This document shows, one piece after another, positions 41,916-53,861 of a stretch of 64,000 nt of DNA. This stretch comes from Hormiphora californensis (Eukaryota; Animalia; Ctenophora): the NCBI GenBank assembly GCA_020137815.1, contig CM035359.1:1612001-1676000 (forward strand), written 5' to 3'. The first letter of the stretch is position 1; each line of letters starts with the position of its first letter. Both the position numbers and the translations under genes were made by a program. The notes below the pieces were generated by a model. The model was not told the origin of the DNA and did no database searches. It worked only from the letters and a program-made list of their open reading frames with translations.

Positions 41916-43027
41916 TCTCATGATTTTTGTAAACAGGTATCATAAATATGCAAATAACGGCTAAACAGTGCGAGATACAACTTTTTGTCCGGGGGACGAC
42001 CCCCCATAAATCGAATTTTCTGCGTCGAATTATGTCCATGAAAGCTTTCTAAGACTAGTTTATGCCGATAAATTCATAAAATTTCGCTCTATGTTTAGCA
42101 AAAATGTGAGAACCCATCGTAACTTTTGAACGGAACCATCGATCTACTTGAAATTTTTAACACTAATAGATTTGCCTAGCTAGACTGTGTTTCACGCGCC
42201 CCGCTCGCGAAACACAAATGTAAAGAAGCTTCTTTAGAACATAACAATAATAGATATCATTGAGGTAGCTTTAAATAAAAAATTTCAGCTTCATTATAGC
42301 TTGTCGGGAACATGGTTAAATAGACGCTCGAAAAGGGCGAAAGTCGCATCCGTATGGTATACTGCACTGGCCCCCGAATCGGGTGAAATTAAATTTTCTG
42401 CACCTGAGTTTATCCTTTCAGATTTGATCTTATAATGATAATGTTCTAGGATGACCTTAGAATGGTTTTTTTTCAATGCTGGGGGCTGTGCCCCCAGACC
42501 CCCCCCCCCTAGGGCCACGGGGCACTTGCCAGTGCAGTGATTGGTAAATAGGATCCCATTCCCATCTATATATATTATTATTTCCACGTTGATTGGCCTA
42601 TCGGGCACCAATATCACTGGTACAAAATTTTGGGTTATTTGGGTTACCCAATTTCTAGTGGTACTTCACCAGATACACTGAGTGTGAGATATTATATCTT
42701 ACCTCCATGTCCTCATCTTGGAGAGGTCCTCTGTTGATGATTTTAGTGAACTTCACCATCACACTTTTACCACATCACATCAAGGATCGTTGTTTTCATT
42801 CTGGGTGAAACACTGAACTTCAGATATATCAAAACTAGTAAATAAAAACAATAGCAAGTCAGGAGATAGAGAGATAGAGGGCTATGTGACTAAAACTAAG
42901 TTTTTTTTTCTAAAAACTTGACTCAATAAGCCAAAGAAACAAACTCCAGCCTAGGCACAACTTTTCTTGGCCTGCTAAGGCAATGATTCTACTTTCTGTT
43001 GCTAGCACATATTTACTCCACCTCTTG

Positions 43028-43208
43028 TAGAGATAGAGATAGAGATAGAGATAGAGATAGAGATAGAGATAGAGATAGAGATAGAGATAGAGATAGAGAT
43101 AGAGATAGAGATAGAGATAGAGATAGAGATAGAGATAGAGATAGAGATAGAGATAGAGATAGAGATAGAGATAGAGATAGAGATAGAGATAGAGATAGAG
43201 ATAGAGAT
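43028..43208. repeat. (AGAGAT)n hexanucleotide microsatellite, ~30 copies
   Basis: Direct inspection. Many (GA/CT)n tracts also occur, e.g. ~5067, 9420, 10063, 10671, 15663, 32330, 36673, 43313, 48620 and 62050. Confidence 0.95.
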
Positions 43209-43308
43209 TGTGAGTCAGCCTGTCGGTATTGATGATCCTGGTCCATAATCACCTTGACAATCCACACACTCTCATACAACCAGAACAAAGCATATTTACC
43301 GCACATCA

Positions 43309-43383
<75 letters not shown>

Positions 43384-44747
43384 TCCCTGATCTCTGTCTC
43401 CAGCTCTCTCTTATTCGTCTCCTGACTTCGCTATGTTGTCATTTTATAAAATTTCTTTTTTGAGTGTCACAGCTTGTTCTGTATCAAAAACAGCTTGATG
43501 GTGGTTGTTTTAAAGGAACGAAAAATTAAAAAATTATTAAATTTTATAAATTCACCAAGAATACCCCAATGATTTGTTGAGTATCATCTGCATTCTGCAG
43601 TAAGGCGACCTAAAATTAACTTAGCTAAAATTAACGTACCGAAAATTAACGTCAAAAAGTGTGGAAAAAAAATAGTGGAAGCTCTTACGGTTTTTTACCC
43701 AACTCAACAACCGGTGCGGTGATAGGAATTGGACAAGTTTCAGACAAACAGGGATTTGGATTTTGAATTGAGGTTTGGCCATAACCATGAACAGCAAGAT
43801 CCGCTCCTAAAAGCACCAAGATAGAGATCATATGGGATAAAAAGGAGAAGCTGTATCTTCCTAGGCGAGAGTATGATTATGTATGAAGACCCTTAGTGGA
43901 CTAAGGATCCTCGAGACACGGCGTGGAGATCGGAGGGGAGAGAGAGAGAGAGAGAGAGATGGAGAGAGAGAAAGAAAGATTCAGAGACAGATTTGAGGTC
44001 TAGTAATTTGCGTGTATGAGCGCCTAACGTCTACTCACTATATCACCAAACACTTGGTCACTATGTGGTTACTATGTGGTTCTATAGTAAACCACGAAAT
44101 TGTGCACAATACACATATTATTCTCAAAGCTGGGAATTGTTCTGTTTGGTTGGTTCGACAGTCGACTGAGTATCTGCTGCACGTACTGTGAGATCAAAAC
44201 GGGGAGAGGGTAAGGCTTATGACCAGTATAAAAGTTTGATTTTTTATAGAACTCACTTGAAATTGTAAACAGAACTTATTCGTGGAGCCTCCCAAGAAAA
44301 TATTTTGTGCAGCGGAGCCGAAATGAGCGCACAGCCACAGCGAAATTAAAATATAGGGAAGATGGGGTGTGCCAAAACAGTCTGCGAATTTTGAGTACAC
44401 AATTAAAAGATGCACACGTAATAAAAACACAGTAGAATACTACCCAGTCGCCGCTCACATGCAATGACTCTATTTTAATTTCACCGAGCTAATGGGCATT
44501 ACCGTTTCCTGCCAAGGCATTCAGAGAGACACAGAGACACAGAGGATTGATGGGAGTGAGATTGAGAGAGAAGGAGAGAAAGAGAAGGAGTGAGAACAAG
44601 TCAAAATAAAGATTGAATAAGTGAATCAGAAAAAAAAGAAATAACCGGCCCCTGAGTCTACTAAATCCATACCCCACCGGTGATTAGCCAAAAAACAAAC
44701 CTGTGACTTCCCCTTTTCTTCAGATGCTGATGTCGTGATGTTGAGCC

Positions 44748-44828
44748 GATCATGGAGGAGTCCATGGATCATGGAGGAGTCCATGGATCATGGAGGAGTC
44801 CATGGATCATGGAGGAGTCCATGGATCA
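44748..44828. repeat. 19-bp minisatellite (GATCATGGAGGAGTCCATG)x4
   Basis: Direct inspection. A separate 29-bp repeat (x~3) lies at ~45482-45559. Confidence 0.85.
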
Positions 44829-46165
44829 GAGTGGATCTCTGAAAGGGAGGTAGGTCGGGAATGATGTTCAACCAAGTCCCGGTTAGAGTGAATAGATTCT
44901 AGATCTATATCTTAGTCTTACCGTTTTGCTACTACAGCTGGCGATCTAAATTTTAAACCAATGTTGGCCAAGGTTGCGTTTAGGCATCACGGGAATCTAA
45001 TGGGTTAAGTTGGGATGGGTTCCACTAAGAGAGATGGCGATAGAAAAATATAAGTTGTGTGTGTGCGTGCCGGCAAAAATTAAATCCCTAAGTACAATGC
45101 CTCTGTGAAACAACAAGTTCCAAGTTGAAGGATAGTTCCTCATTTGCCCGCGAACATGAGGGGCGCGACGTTCCTCATCTCTTCTTTCTATCACCACTTG
45201 TTGAGTAAGTAACCCCTTACTACACAAATCAGTAAATCATCACCCCTTCGGGGGCCCCGGGGCCACACACCCACGAACAAATTGCATTTGCGGCAGTTCC
45301 TTGAGTGTTAATCCCAGGCACCTTCTAGAAGAAATCGAGGTCCGGATGAACCATGTTCATTCCTTGTCCTCCCGCTGATGCATCTATTAATAGATAGCAA
45401 TGCATACCTTTTATTTCGGGTCGGGGAAATTCTCGATGGCTCGGGGTATATTTATATCGTTGAATCAACACGATTCCAGAATCACAATTAGGATATGAAT
45501 TATGAATCACTCACAATTAGGATATGAATTATGAATCACTCACAATTAGGATATGAATTCGACCGACCCGGGGGGAATTGTTGGATTACAAATATGATAA
45601 ACTCACTGTTTTTTTTTGGGTTTTTTGAGCAATTTTGAAAACAATACATTAAAATTAGTATAAAATATCAAAAGTCATCTGACCCTGACTAGCTGTATAT
45701 CAACCAAGTACGTCAGAAGTAGTTCTTAGAAGTCATAGTTTCTATTACAGCTGCAAACTCTATTTTGTCTCTTTCACCCGCGTCTCTACATAAACGTTTG
45801 GTCTAAACAGTACCACATAATACATAGCTACAAAACTAACTGACTTTTTCCAATAACTTAACTCAGAAGTTAACTCTAATATCCCTTGATCTAGTATCCG
45901 TATTGTAATAGCTATGTATACGGTAAAATGTATAGTCTTGTTTGTACTCAGATATTAGAATGTTCTTGATCAACATCCATGATTCCCTGATCAAAAAGCT
46001 AAAACCACACAATGTCTAAACCAATTTAGCTCTGTCTAACGTCGTAAGTTGCTGACATAGACAGCTGGTGCGACCCCCGGAGGTCGCGCCAGGTGTCTAT
46101 GTCACCAACGTAGTAAAGATGTCACATTGTCTAATTTGCTTATATCGTTGCAACACCTATATTGT

Positions 46166-48226
46166 CTACTGTTTTGGGATAGAGTTAATCGTTTTGGTGT
46201 TCTTCATGTAACTGCTGCTCAGGTCTGTGTAGTAGTTGGAGAAGATTAGCTCGTAGGAGAATCCACCAAGAACAGCCGCCACCAGTGGTGCCACAACATA
46301 CACCTACAGGTATAATAGAGTTTAGTTTAGGGGACAACATAAACCTGGGTGAAGGATGAGTGAGACAGAGAGAGGAAGAGGGAGAAAGAATATGAAAAGC
46401 AGTGGTGCCACAACATACACCTACAGGTATATAATAGAGTTTAGTTTAGTTTATAACAGTACAACAATAAAAAGCTACAGCACAGTCCTTTAAAACACCC
46501 TATTAGAGAACATAGTGTAGTATGAGTATAGTTTACGGGAAGGAGGCCGAAGTAGGAAAATAAAAAGCGACAGAAAAGTATATAGTGAAGGTGAGAGAAA
46601 GATAATAGGGGCTTTTTAGACGGAAAAGAGGTTTAAAATTATACTTTTTAGTGAAGACATACTTCGAGAGACACACACAGTCATATATAACAGAGGCAAA
46701 GAGGGATATTGCGATCAGTGATAACGCGGTTAACGGCTAAAAACTAATGACGTTTGTGGTGGTGTATCCGATCTTGTGGTATACATTATACGAATCTAGC
46801 TGCATGTCATGTTCATCTTACCCAGTCATAGCCCTCAATCGTATCAAAGAATGCGTTTGCCAGGAGACTCCGCGGTGGGTTCAATCCACATCCAGTAAGA
46901 GGAACCTAGAGGGAGATTTTAGATCTAGATATGGGGAGATAGGTGTCTGAGCATCAAATTGGGGTATGGCGCCGCTATACAGGGAGATAGTTACTGTCAA
47001 CAAGGATATATGGAATAACGAGGGACCTATAACAGAGGGAGATAGGGATCCCTATATTCGAATTGAATAAGATGAACATAAGAGGAAGGAATTAGATAAC
47101 GTTATTATCAATTACATACAATTATATAACTAAACGATTTTGAGATATTTCAGAAGCTATAATATAGTTTCAGTAATTAATTAAATTGATAATTAAACAC
47201 TAATTACCAGGGCAAGATGTAAGAGGATGAAGGCGAGTCCAACGTACAGAGGGTACTCAATATTGGATTTAACTGTGCTGCGTAACTCGTTAGTAGCTGC
47301 TAGCGCCACGTATACCCATAGTAGAGTTCCTGAAGTGAATTAAATTGATTTTAATGTAGATAAATTGCAGTTTTAATTAGGGAAATGGAATAGGTAGAAA
47401 GGAGTAGAATCGTTTGGAATAGGTGTTGATGCAGTTTATCTAGTTTGGGCATCTGAGGTAAATCATTGATTACTGATCTGCTCATGATTATTGAAAAAAA
47501 AATAATTACCGAATAACTCAAAGAGGAATCCTTGACCAACGTTCACAGAGAGGTGTGTCTCTCCCATTTTCAGATCACACGCGTCCAGAATTGCTGAAAA
47601 TGTGGAACGAGTTCTTAAGTATTCTTGAGGTTGACGCGACAGTTTTTGGCAGATTTGACAATCACACTAGAGCTTCACAGAAGATCTAGCAACTTATTAC
47701 TCTACAAAGGGTATGATTTGGTATGTCCATGTCCATGAAAATTTTACTATGTACATACCTATTGCGAGGAGAGCGCCAAGAATCTGCATAATCCAATAAA
47801 TGAACATTCTAGTCAGGGAGATCCTTTGAACAACAAACATAGCCAGTGAGACAGCCGGGTTAAAGTGGGATCCAGAAATATCGGAGAAAATGTGGACCGT
47901 CGCCGCCAGTGCTGAACAAATGGGGTGGTTTTAGTTGTTAGATTAATCTTCCAAAAAGCCAAAACAAGGCCAAGGTGGTACATCAATAATATTGTATATT
48001 ATACAGACAGTATCATGGCAAAGTTGTACGTACCTGCGCCAAATCCGATTGCAACGCCCAACGTTTCAGTATTATCAGTGGTTGTTGTGGTTGAGTTATC
48101 GAGAGAGTGCTGAACCATGCACCCCCAGAAAATGTAGGAGAAAGTCCCAACTAACTCCGCTATGCATGATCTGTACAGTCTGCCCGATCGGCGGTCTGAC
48201 GGCCTTGGCAGTAGAGACCAACCCAT
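46166..48226 (-). CDS. Aquaporin (MIP family), six coding exons
   Basis: Spliced product MGWSLL...AELVGTF...GVAIGFGA|ALAATVHIFSDISGSHFNPAVSLA...|...GQGFLFELF|GTLLWVYVALA...VGLAFILLHLAL|VPLTGCGLNPPRSL...W|VYVVAPLVAAVLGGFSYELIF...KQ*. All junctions are GT-AG and in phase. Confidence 0.9.
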
Positions 48227-48648
48227 GGTGTGAACTGTAAGCTAGAAACTGCAGAAGTGAATTTAGTGTTTTTTGGGCTGGGATTGGCCTCGGGACCTCT
48301 TGCCAGCGCTTTGATACACATTATTATACGTGTGGTCTGGACGGGCCTACTAACAGAATATTTAAGACTAGTATCATGTATACACTCAATCTATAGGAAC
48401 GGAATCAAGGCGAAAGAATAGTGGGATAATATTGCAGGGATATTGGAATGTTGCAATGTTTTGGAATGTAACAGCGTGGAATGTCGTTATAGTATAACTT
48501 GTAAAACAAATACAACGAGAAAATAGCTTGGGTATATTGAGAAGGGCAGTAGGTATACAGTCAATACACTCAGAAAGGATCATCAATTTCAGGACTAAAG
48601 TGAGATTGTTACTTTTACTAGAGAGAGAGAGAGAGAGATAGAGAGAGA

Positions 48649-48716
<68 letters not shown>

Positions 48717-49187
48717 AGATCAAAAGGGAGATTGTTAGAATTACTAAGTAGTAGATAAAGTAGTACCGCTGTCACACCAAAAAGTGGGGTACACAAATAT
48801 TGAGGGTTTTTACCTCAACATTTAGTTATGCGGAATATTTATGATCATAATGATCGAAATGATCAAAATGATTATAATCAAAATGATCACAATGATCAAA
48901 ATCATCAAAATGATTAAAATGATCGAAATGATTCTGACAGCCAAACGTACATGCGTGGGCGACTAAATAACCTGTATGTGTGGGTTTAACTCAACCTTAA
49001 TTTTCCCGATCGGCAGATTCTGACAGCCAAACGGTAATGTGTGGGTTTAACCCATACTTTAAGCATGCGTGGGCTCTTAGCCGCTTAGCGAACACTGATA
49101 GACAAATACGGATAACTGCTATAGTTACTCACTTTTCGATACTACTGATTTACTTGTGTTACACTTTTTGTTGCTCAAGATTTCAAC

Positions 49188-52100
49188 ATGCCTTGTAAAA
49201 AGCCCTACTCCAATAACCGAAATAAACAATTGAACTGTCCAACGTGTAACAAGTCAGTAAGATCCGATAAAATAGGCCGGCACCTGTTGACACACAACGT
49301 ATCTAAAGAGTGTCGGTTTTGCAAAAAATATATTCGAGAGGATCGACTAGTGCGACACGAAACACTGTGCCAAGCCAAAGTTGATGAAAGTGTCTGTGAT
49401 CGTTCTACAGGAGTACATGAGCATTCCAGCGAGAGCCTCCCACAATGTACGTCGGTGTCAGGATTCTTCCGTTCGTATGACCTGGCAGTGGGAAACAGTG
49501 TTGACTACGATCAAATAATTGAGGATACCTGCTCCGCTGCAAAACCAATCATCAAAGAGTCGGTTAGGAGACACCCAATAAAGGCTCAACTCTCTATCTC
49601 GATATCATTTTATAAGGACGTTGATGGACAACGTAACGCTTCGGAAAAGGTTTTTCGATCTCAATGTGAACCAGTGATAGCAGGGGACAATATTGACGAG
49701 TTCCTCAAACGAGCGTCCGTCATTATTCGACATGGAGTTGAAGTCTACGAGAGGTATGGAAGTGGATGGATATTCGACGGTCATCAGGCTTCAAAACTTG
49801 AGCTGGCAAAGTACTCGCCCTTGTCAGCTTCTGGATTCGTCAGACTACCAAAGATCCTAAGAGACATGAAATCTCTGTTAAACGTCCAGTCAAAAGACAA
49901 CAAATGTTTCCTATATTGCATTCTGGCTCACCTATTCCCTGTCAAGACAAGTCAAGATAGACATACTAAGTATCTCATACATGAGGATAAAGTGGCTATG
50001 GGGGATGTCCAATTTCCAGTCAAACTAAAGGACATTCCCAAAATCGAGAAATTGAACAACTTCTCTATCTCTGTTTTTCAATGGTGTCGTCCGGATTTCG
50101 AGAAAGGAGAAACTGAGTGTGTCATCCCACTGAAACATGGATCTGGTAATGGTACCCGAATCGACTTGCTATATGTCGAGGACGAGTACACCTCCCACTA
50201 CCTACTCATCAAGGACTTCAACAGCTTCATGCGACATAGAACAAAGTACCACAATACGATGTTTTACTGTCGAAAGTGTCTCCATGGCTTTGTGTCGGAA
50301 AATAAACAGAAGTTGCACAGTGAGTTATGTAATCAGGGTATCAATCAGGTAACCGTGATGCCAAAACCTGGTTTTATCGAATTCGAAGCAACGCACAAAC
50401 AAGATGAGAAGCTGTTTCGTATTTACTACGACTTCGAATGTCTTACAGTTCCTTACAGCACATGCGTACCATCTGGTTCTTCTACAACAAAGGTTCAGAA
50501 ACATGTCCCTTGTGCCTTTGCTATTGTTGCAGTGTCAAAGTTTCCAGAATTCAACGAACCTCCCGTGGTATTTAGCGATGCTGATCCACTGGTTGTTACC
50601 CAGAAGTTTACATCGGAGTTATCTCGCATCCATGATAACATGATGAAATGCTACGAGGAAAACCAACACCCAATCAATATGACGAAAGAAGATGAAAAGG
50701 TTTTCAAGTCTTCCAAAACGTGTCACATCTGCAAAAAGGAGTTGTGTTGGGGGTCGGATACTAACTATCCAGTCCGGGACCATGACCACACAAGGAAACA
50801 TGACAACTTTCGAGGAGCGGCTTGCAACTCGTGTAACAGGAGTTATTTCAACCGTAGCAGAAGAATTCCAGCTTTCGCCCACAATATGAAAGGTTATGAT
50901 CTAAACCTGTTTATTAGAGACTTGGTTAAAAGCTGTGAGGAGGAAAGTGACGATGAAGAAAAGAAATCGGGTGGAAAGTCTAATATCAGTTTAATCCCTG
51001 AAAATCTGGAGAAAATTAAGGCAGTTTTCACAGAAAAGTTTACATTCTTGGATAGCTTTGCCTTCCTTTCAACTTCTTTGGATAAACTTGCGAAAAACCT
51101 GAAAACATCCGGAATTGACAAGTTTTCTCACCTGAAACAACAATTCCCGGAGCACTATGAACTGCTAGCTGACAAAGGAGTATTTTTCTACGACTATGCA
51201 TCCTCGTTCGGAGTTTTTGATGAAAAAGAACTACCGCCAAAAGAGTGCTTCTACAGTCAGCTAACTGAGTCAAACATAAGTAACGATGATTATGAACGTG
51301 CTCAAAGGGTCTTTAAAGAAACTGGATGCAAAAACTTGCTGGACTACATGCGTCTCTATGTTCTAACGGACACTCTGCAACTCTGTGACATCTTCGAGAA
51401 CTTTAGAGAGCTGTGTCTTAGTTCCCACTATCTCGACCCTTGTCATTATCTAAGTCTCCCTGCATTTGCTTGGGATGCGATGCTACGTATGACAAGAGTC
51501 AAGCTTGAGGTTCTTACCGATGTCGAAATGTATACATTTGTCGAGCAGGGTCTAAGAGGAGGAGTCACCACGGTTAATCATCGCCACTTCAAAGCGAACA
51601 ACAAATATCTGGAGGATTTTGACCCTAAAAACCCGTCGTCATTTATTCATTATATTGATGCGAACAATTTGTACGGGGCAGCAATGATGAATAAGATGCC
51701 CACAAAGAACTTCCGGTGGCTCGAAGAGGAAGAAATTGATTCGTTTGACGTTCTTTCCACAAGTGCAGATAGAGACAAGTGCTACATTTTGGAAGTTGAT
51801 TTGGAGTATCCCGAAGCTCTCCATGACTACCACACAGATTTCCCCTTGGCAGTTGAAGGGAAACAAATAAACGAGGCCCAACTTTCAGACTACAACAGGC
51901 AGTTTCTGGAACAGCATGGTGAGACGTTTACAGCCTCCAAAAAGTTAGTTCCGGATCTTCATCACAAGATCAAATACACTTGCTCGCTAAAGAACCTGCA
52001 GCTCTTTCTCCGGCATGGTTTGGTGTTAAAAAAGATCCACCGTATTCTTGTAGCAGATCAAGAGGATTTTATGACAGAATACATTCGTTTCAACTCTGCT

Positions 52101-53009
52101 AAACGCCAACAGGCAAGTGACGATTTTGCGAAAGACTTCTGGAAACTATGTAACAATTCCGTTTATGGGAAGTTCATTGAGTCGGTTAGAAACAGAACTG
52201 ATGTCAAGGTAGTCACCGATGAGAGGATGGCCCTAAAATTAACCTCCAAGCCACAGTATCTGGGAATGCATAGACTAGACGATGATATAGCTCTGGTGCA
52301 GTGTACCAAAACAAAGATCGTACTCAATAAACCGATTACGTGTGGTTTTATGGTCCTGGAACATGCAAAACATATCATGTACAGTTTCTGGTACGATGTG
52401 CTTAAACCTCTATATGGTGAAAAAATTAAACTCGTGCTGAGTGATACCGACTCTTTTGTGTATGCTGTCTACACGGATGATGGATATGCCGATTTACACC
52501 AGATGAAGGACCTTATGGATTTGGCTGGATACCACCCTGACTCTGTACTTGGACCGTTCAGGGAGTTAGAGAACAAAAAGGTACCGGGAAAATTCTCGGA
52601 TGAGATGCCGACAGCTATCATTCGGGAAGTTGTGGCCCTAAAACCAAAGATGTACTCCATCTCTACCAAACAACTCATCTGTTCCCAACTGTACAAAGAC
52701 CCATCTCACACTTGTTCTCCCGAGTGCGAAATTGGTCATTCTGCAAGAGCAAAAGGAGTATCCAGTACAGCGAAGAAACGTATTACCCATGAGGATTACA
52801 TCCAAACTTTACGGACTAGAGGAACTACGATGACTAAAAGTAGAGCGATAAGGACTCTAAATAATGAATTGTATAGCGTTGAAATTTGTAAGAGGGGTTT
52901 GTCGGCATTTGACGACAAAAAGTTTATTTTAGAGGATGGTATTAGTACACTTAGTTACGGCCATTACAAGTTGACACTTGCAGATCACAGTCAGGCTTCA
53001 TGCGTGTGA
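49188..53009 (+). CDS. polB: Protein-primed family B DNA polymerase (Polinton/adintovirus type) with N-terminal zinc fingers, terminal-protein/OTU-like region and endonuclease VII-like insertion
   Basis: Intronless 1273-aa ORF. Exonuclease motifs YYDFE, HNMKGYD, FLDS and YVLTD. Polymerase motifs YIDANNLYG, KLCNNSVYGK, SDTDS, KMY and KGV. Also GSGW, DNKCF...HYLLI, and CHIC...VRDHDH...FRGAACNSCN. Confidence 0.95.
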   Translation: MPCKKPYSNNRNKQLNCPTCNKSVRSDKIGRHLLTHNVSKECRFCKKYIREDRLVRHETLCQAKVDESVCDRSTGVHEHSSESLPQCTSVSGFFRSYDLAVGNSVDYDQIIEDTCSAAKPIIKESVRRHPIKAQLSISISFYKDVDGQRNASEKVFRSQCEPVIAGDNIDEFLKRASVIIRHGVEVYERYGSGWIFDGHQASKLELAKYSPLSASGFVRLPKILRDMKSLLNVQSKDNKCFLYCILAHLFPVKTSQDRHTKYLIHEDKVAMGDVQFPVKLKDIPKIEKLNNFSISVFQWCRPDFEKGETECVIPLKHGSGNGTRIDLLYVEDEYTSHYLLIKDFNSFMRHRTKYHNTMFYCRKCLHGFVSENKQKLHSELCNQGINQVTVMPKPGFIEFEATHKQDEKLFRIYYDFECLTVPYSTCVPSGSSTTKVQKHVPCAFAIVAVSKFPEFNEPPVVFSDADPLVVTQKFTSELSRIHDNMMKCYEENQHPINMTKEDEKVFKSSKTCHICKKELCWGSDTNYPVRDHDHTRKHDNFRGAACNSCNRSYFNRSRRIPAFAHNMKGYDLNLFIRDLVKSCEEESDDEEKKSGGKSNISLIPENLEKIKAVFTEKFTFLDSFAFLSTSLDKLAKNLKTSGIDKFSHLKQQFPEHYELLADKGVFFYDYASSFGVFDEKELPPKECFYSQLTESNISNDDYERAQRVFKETGCKNLLDYMRLYVLTDTLQLCDIFENFRELCLSSHYLDPCHYLSLPAFAWDAMLRMTRVKLEVLTDVEMYTFVEQGLRGGVTTVNHRHFKANNKYLEDFDPKNPSSFIHYIDANNLYGAAMMNKMPTKNFRWLEEEEIDSFDVLSTSADRDKCYILEVDLEYPEALHDYHTDFPLAVEGKQINEAQLSDYNRQFLEQHGETFTASKKLVPDLHHKIKYTCSLKNLQLFLRHGLVLKKIHRILVADQEDFMTEYIRFNSAKRQQASDDFAKDFWKLCNNSVYGKFIESVRNRTDVKVVTDERMALKLTSKPQYLGMHRLDDDIALVQCTKTKIVLNKPITCGFMVLEHAKHIMYSFWYDVLKPLYGEKIKLVLSDTDSFVYAVYTDDGYADLHQMKDLMDLAGYHPDSVLGPFRELENKKVPGKFSDEMPTAIIREVVALKPKMYSISTKQLICSQLYKDPSHTCSPECEIGHSARAKGVSSTAKKRITHEDYIQTLRTRGTTMTKSRAIRTLNNELYSVEICKRGLSAFDDKKFILEDGISTLSYGHYKLTLADHSQASCV

Positions 53010-53151
53010 TTAACACTGGCCAGGCTTGTACCGTTTTGTGAAAGATGGGTTTAGTGTGTAGTGTGACAAGAATGTAGAAAATTGTAATTAATATTGCCAT
53101 TTCTTTTATGTAAAAAACTACTTGTTTAAACCTTTGTAAAAAAACACACCC

Positions 53152-53186
53152 TATATAAATGCATCATCAGTTGGTTTTAGTCATTT
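53152..53186 (+). promoter_or_regulatory. TATA box plus initiator-like element for element ORF2
   Basis: TATATAAA at 53152-53159, TCATTT ~29 bp downstream, ATG at 53191. Confidence 0.5.
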
Positions 53187-53190
53187 CACA

Positions 53191-53739
53191 ATGTATTCGA
53201 ATTGCTGCGGTCAAACATTCTCGTCCAGAAAAAAACTTTTAGTTCACCACACGAAGTTTCATGGAGGTGTCTCATGCTACATTTGCAAAAAGAAGTTTTC
53301 GTCCTTTAAGAGTTTGGCTTCACATAGATACAGGTATCATAAGAAATCGTCGAATCAAAACTCCATGGATAACCAGTCAATCGACTCCAACGACTCCTTA
53401 CAAAACACTGACAGAAATATAAATCTTACGAGCTTGGGTAGTCATAAACACAGCGAGCATAAAAAGACATTGAAGCAGATTGCAGACTCCAAACATATAC
53501 GATCCATGGATACCGACGACTCCGAGAGGGGATCTGTCTTGTCAGACTATTCTATTGATTTGGATGTTCCAATTGATGAGTCATATAACTCGAATTCATA
53601 CTCGGACAGTTCATATTCATCTATCCATTCCATGGATTCCGATGACGGCCTCCAATCTCTAACCGATGAAGAATACGAGTTGTCTGATTGTTCTTCTCAT
53701 ATGGATGAATCAACTGATGAGTCAGATCTTTCAGATTAA
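53191..53739 (+). CDS. Two-C2H2 zinc-finger protein with an acidic Ser/Asp-rich tail (element ORF2)
   Basis: CCGQTFSSRKKLLVHHTKFH and CYICKKKFSSFKSLASHRYRYH, then a D/S/E-rich C-terminus. Intronless and inside the TIRs. Confidence 0.75.
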   Translation: MYSNCCGQTFSSRKKLLVHHTKFHGGVSCYICKKKFSSFKSLASHRYRYHKKSSNQNSMDNQSIDSNDSLQNTDRNINLTSLGSHKHSEHKKTLKQIADSKHIRSMDTDDSERGSVLSDYSIDLDVPIDESYNSNSYSDSSYSSIHSMDSDDGLQSLTDEEYELSDCSSHMDESTDESDLSD

Positions 53740-53861
53740 TATATTTTTAGCGTAGAGTTATAGAAGTGTTACAGAGACTACATAATTTTGAAAAATGACT
53801 TTTGTCAGCTGAAACTATTTATCCCTGCAAATATGCGTTTAATTCTTGTAGTTATTCATTA

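Noticed and set aside
50137-52696. Short overlapping or antisense ORFs within polB as hidden integrase or capsid genes
   Set aside because: All are under 90 aa with no recognisable motifs, as expected for shadow ORFs.
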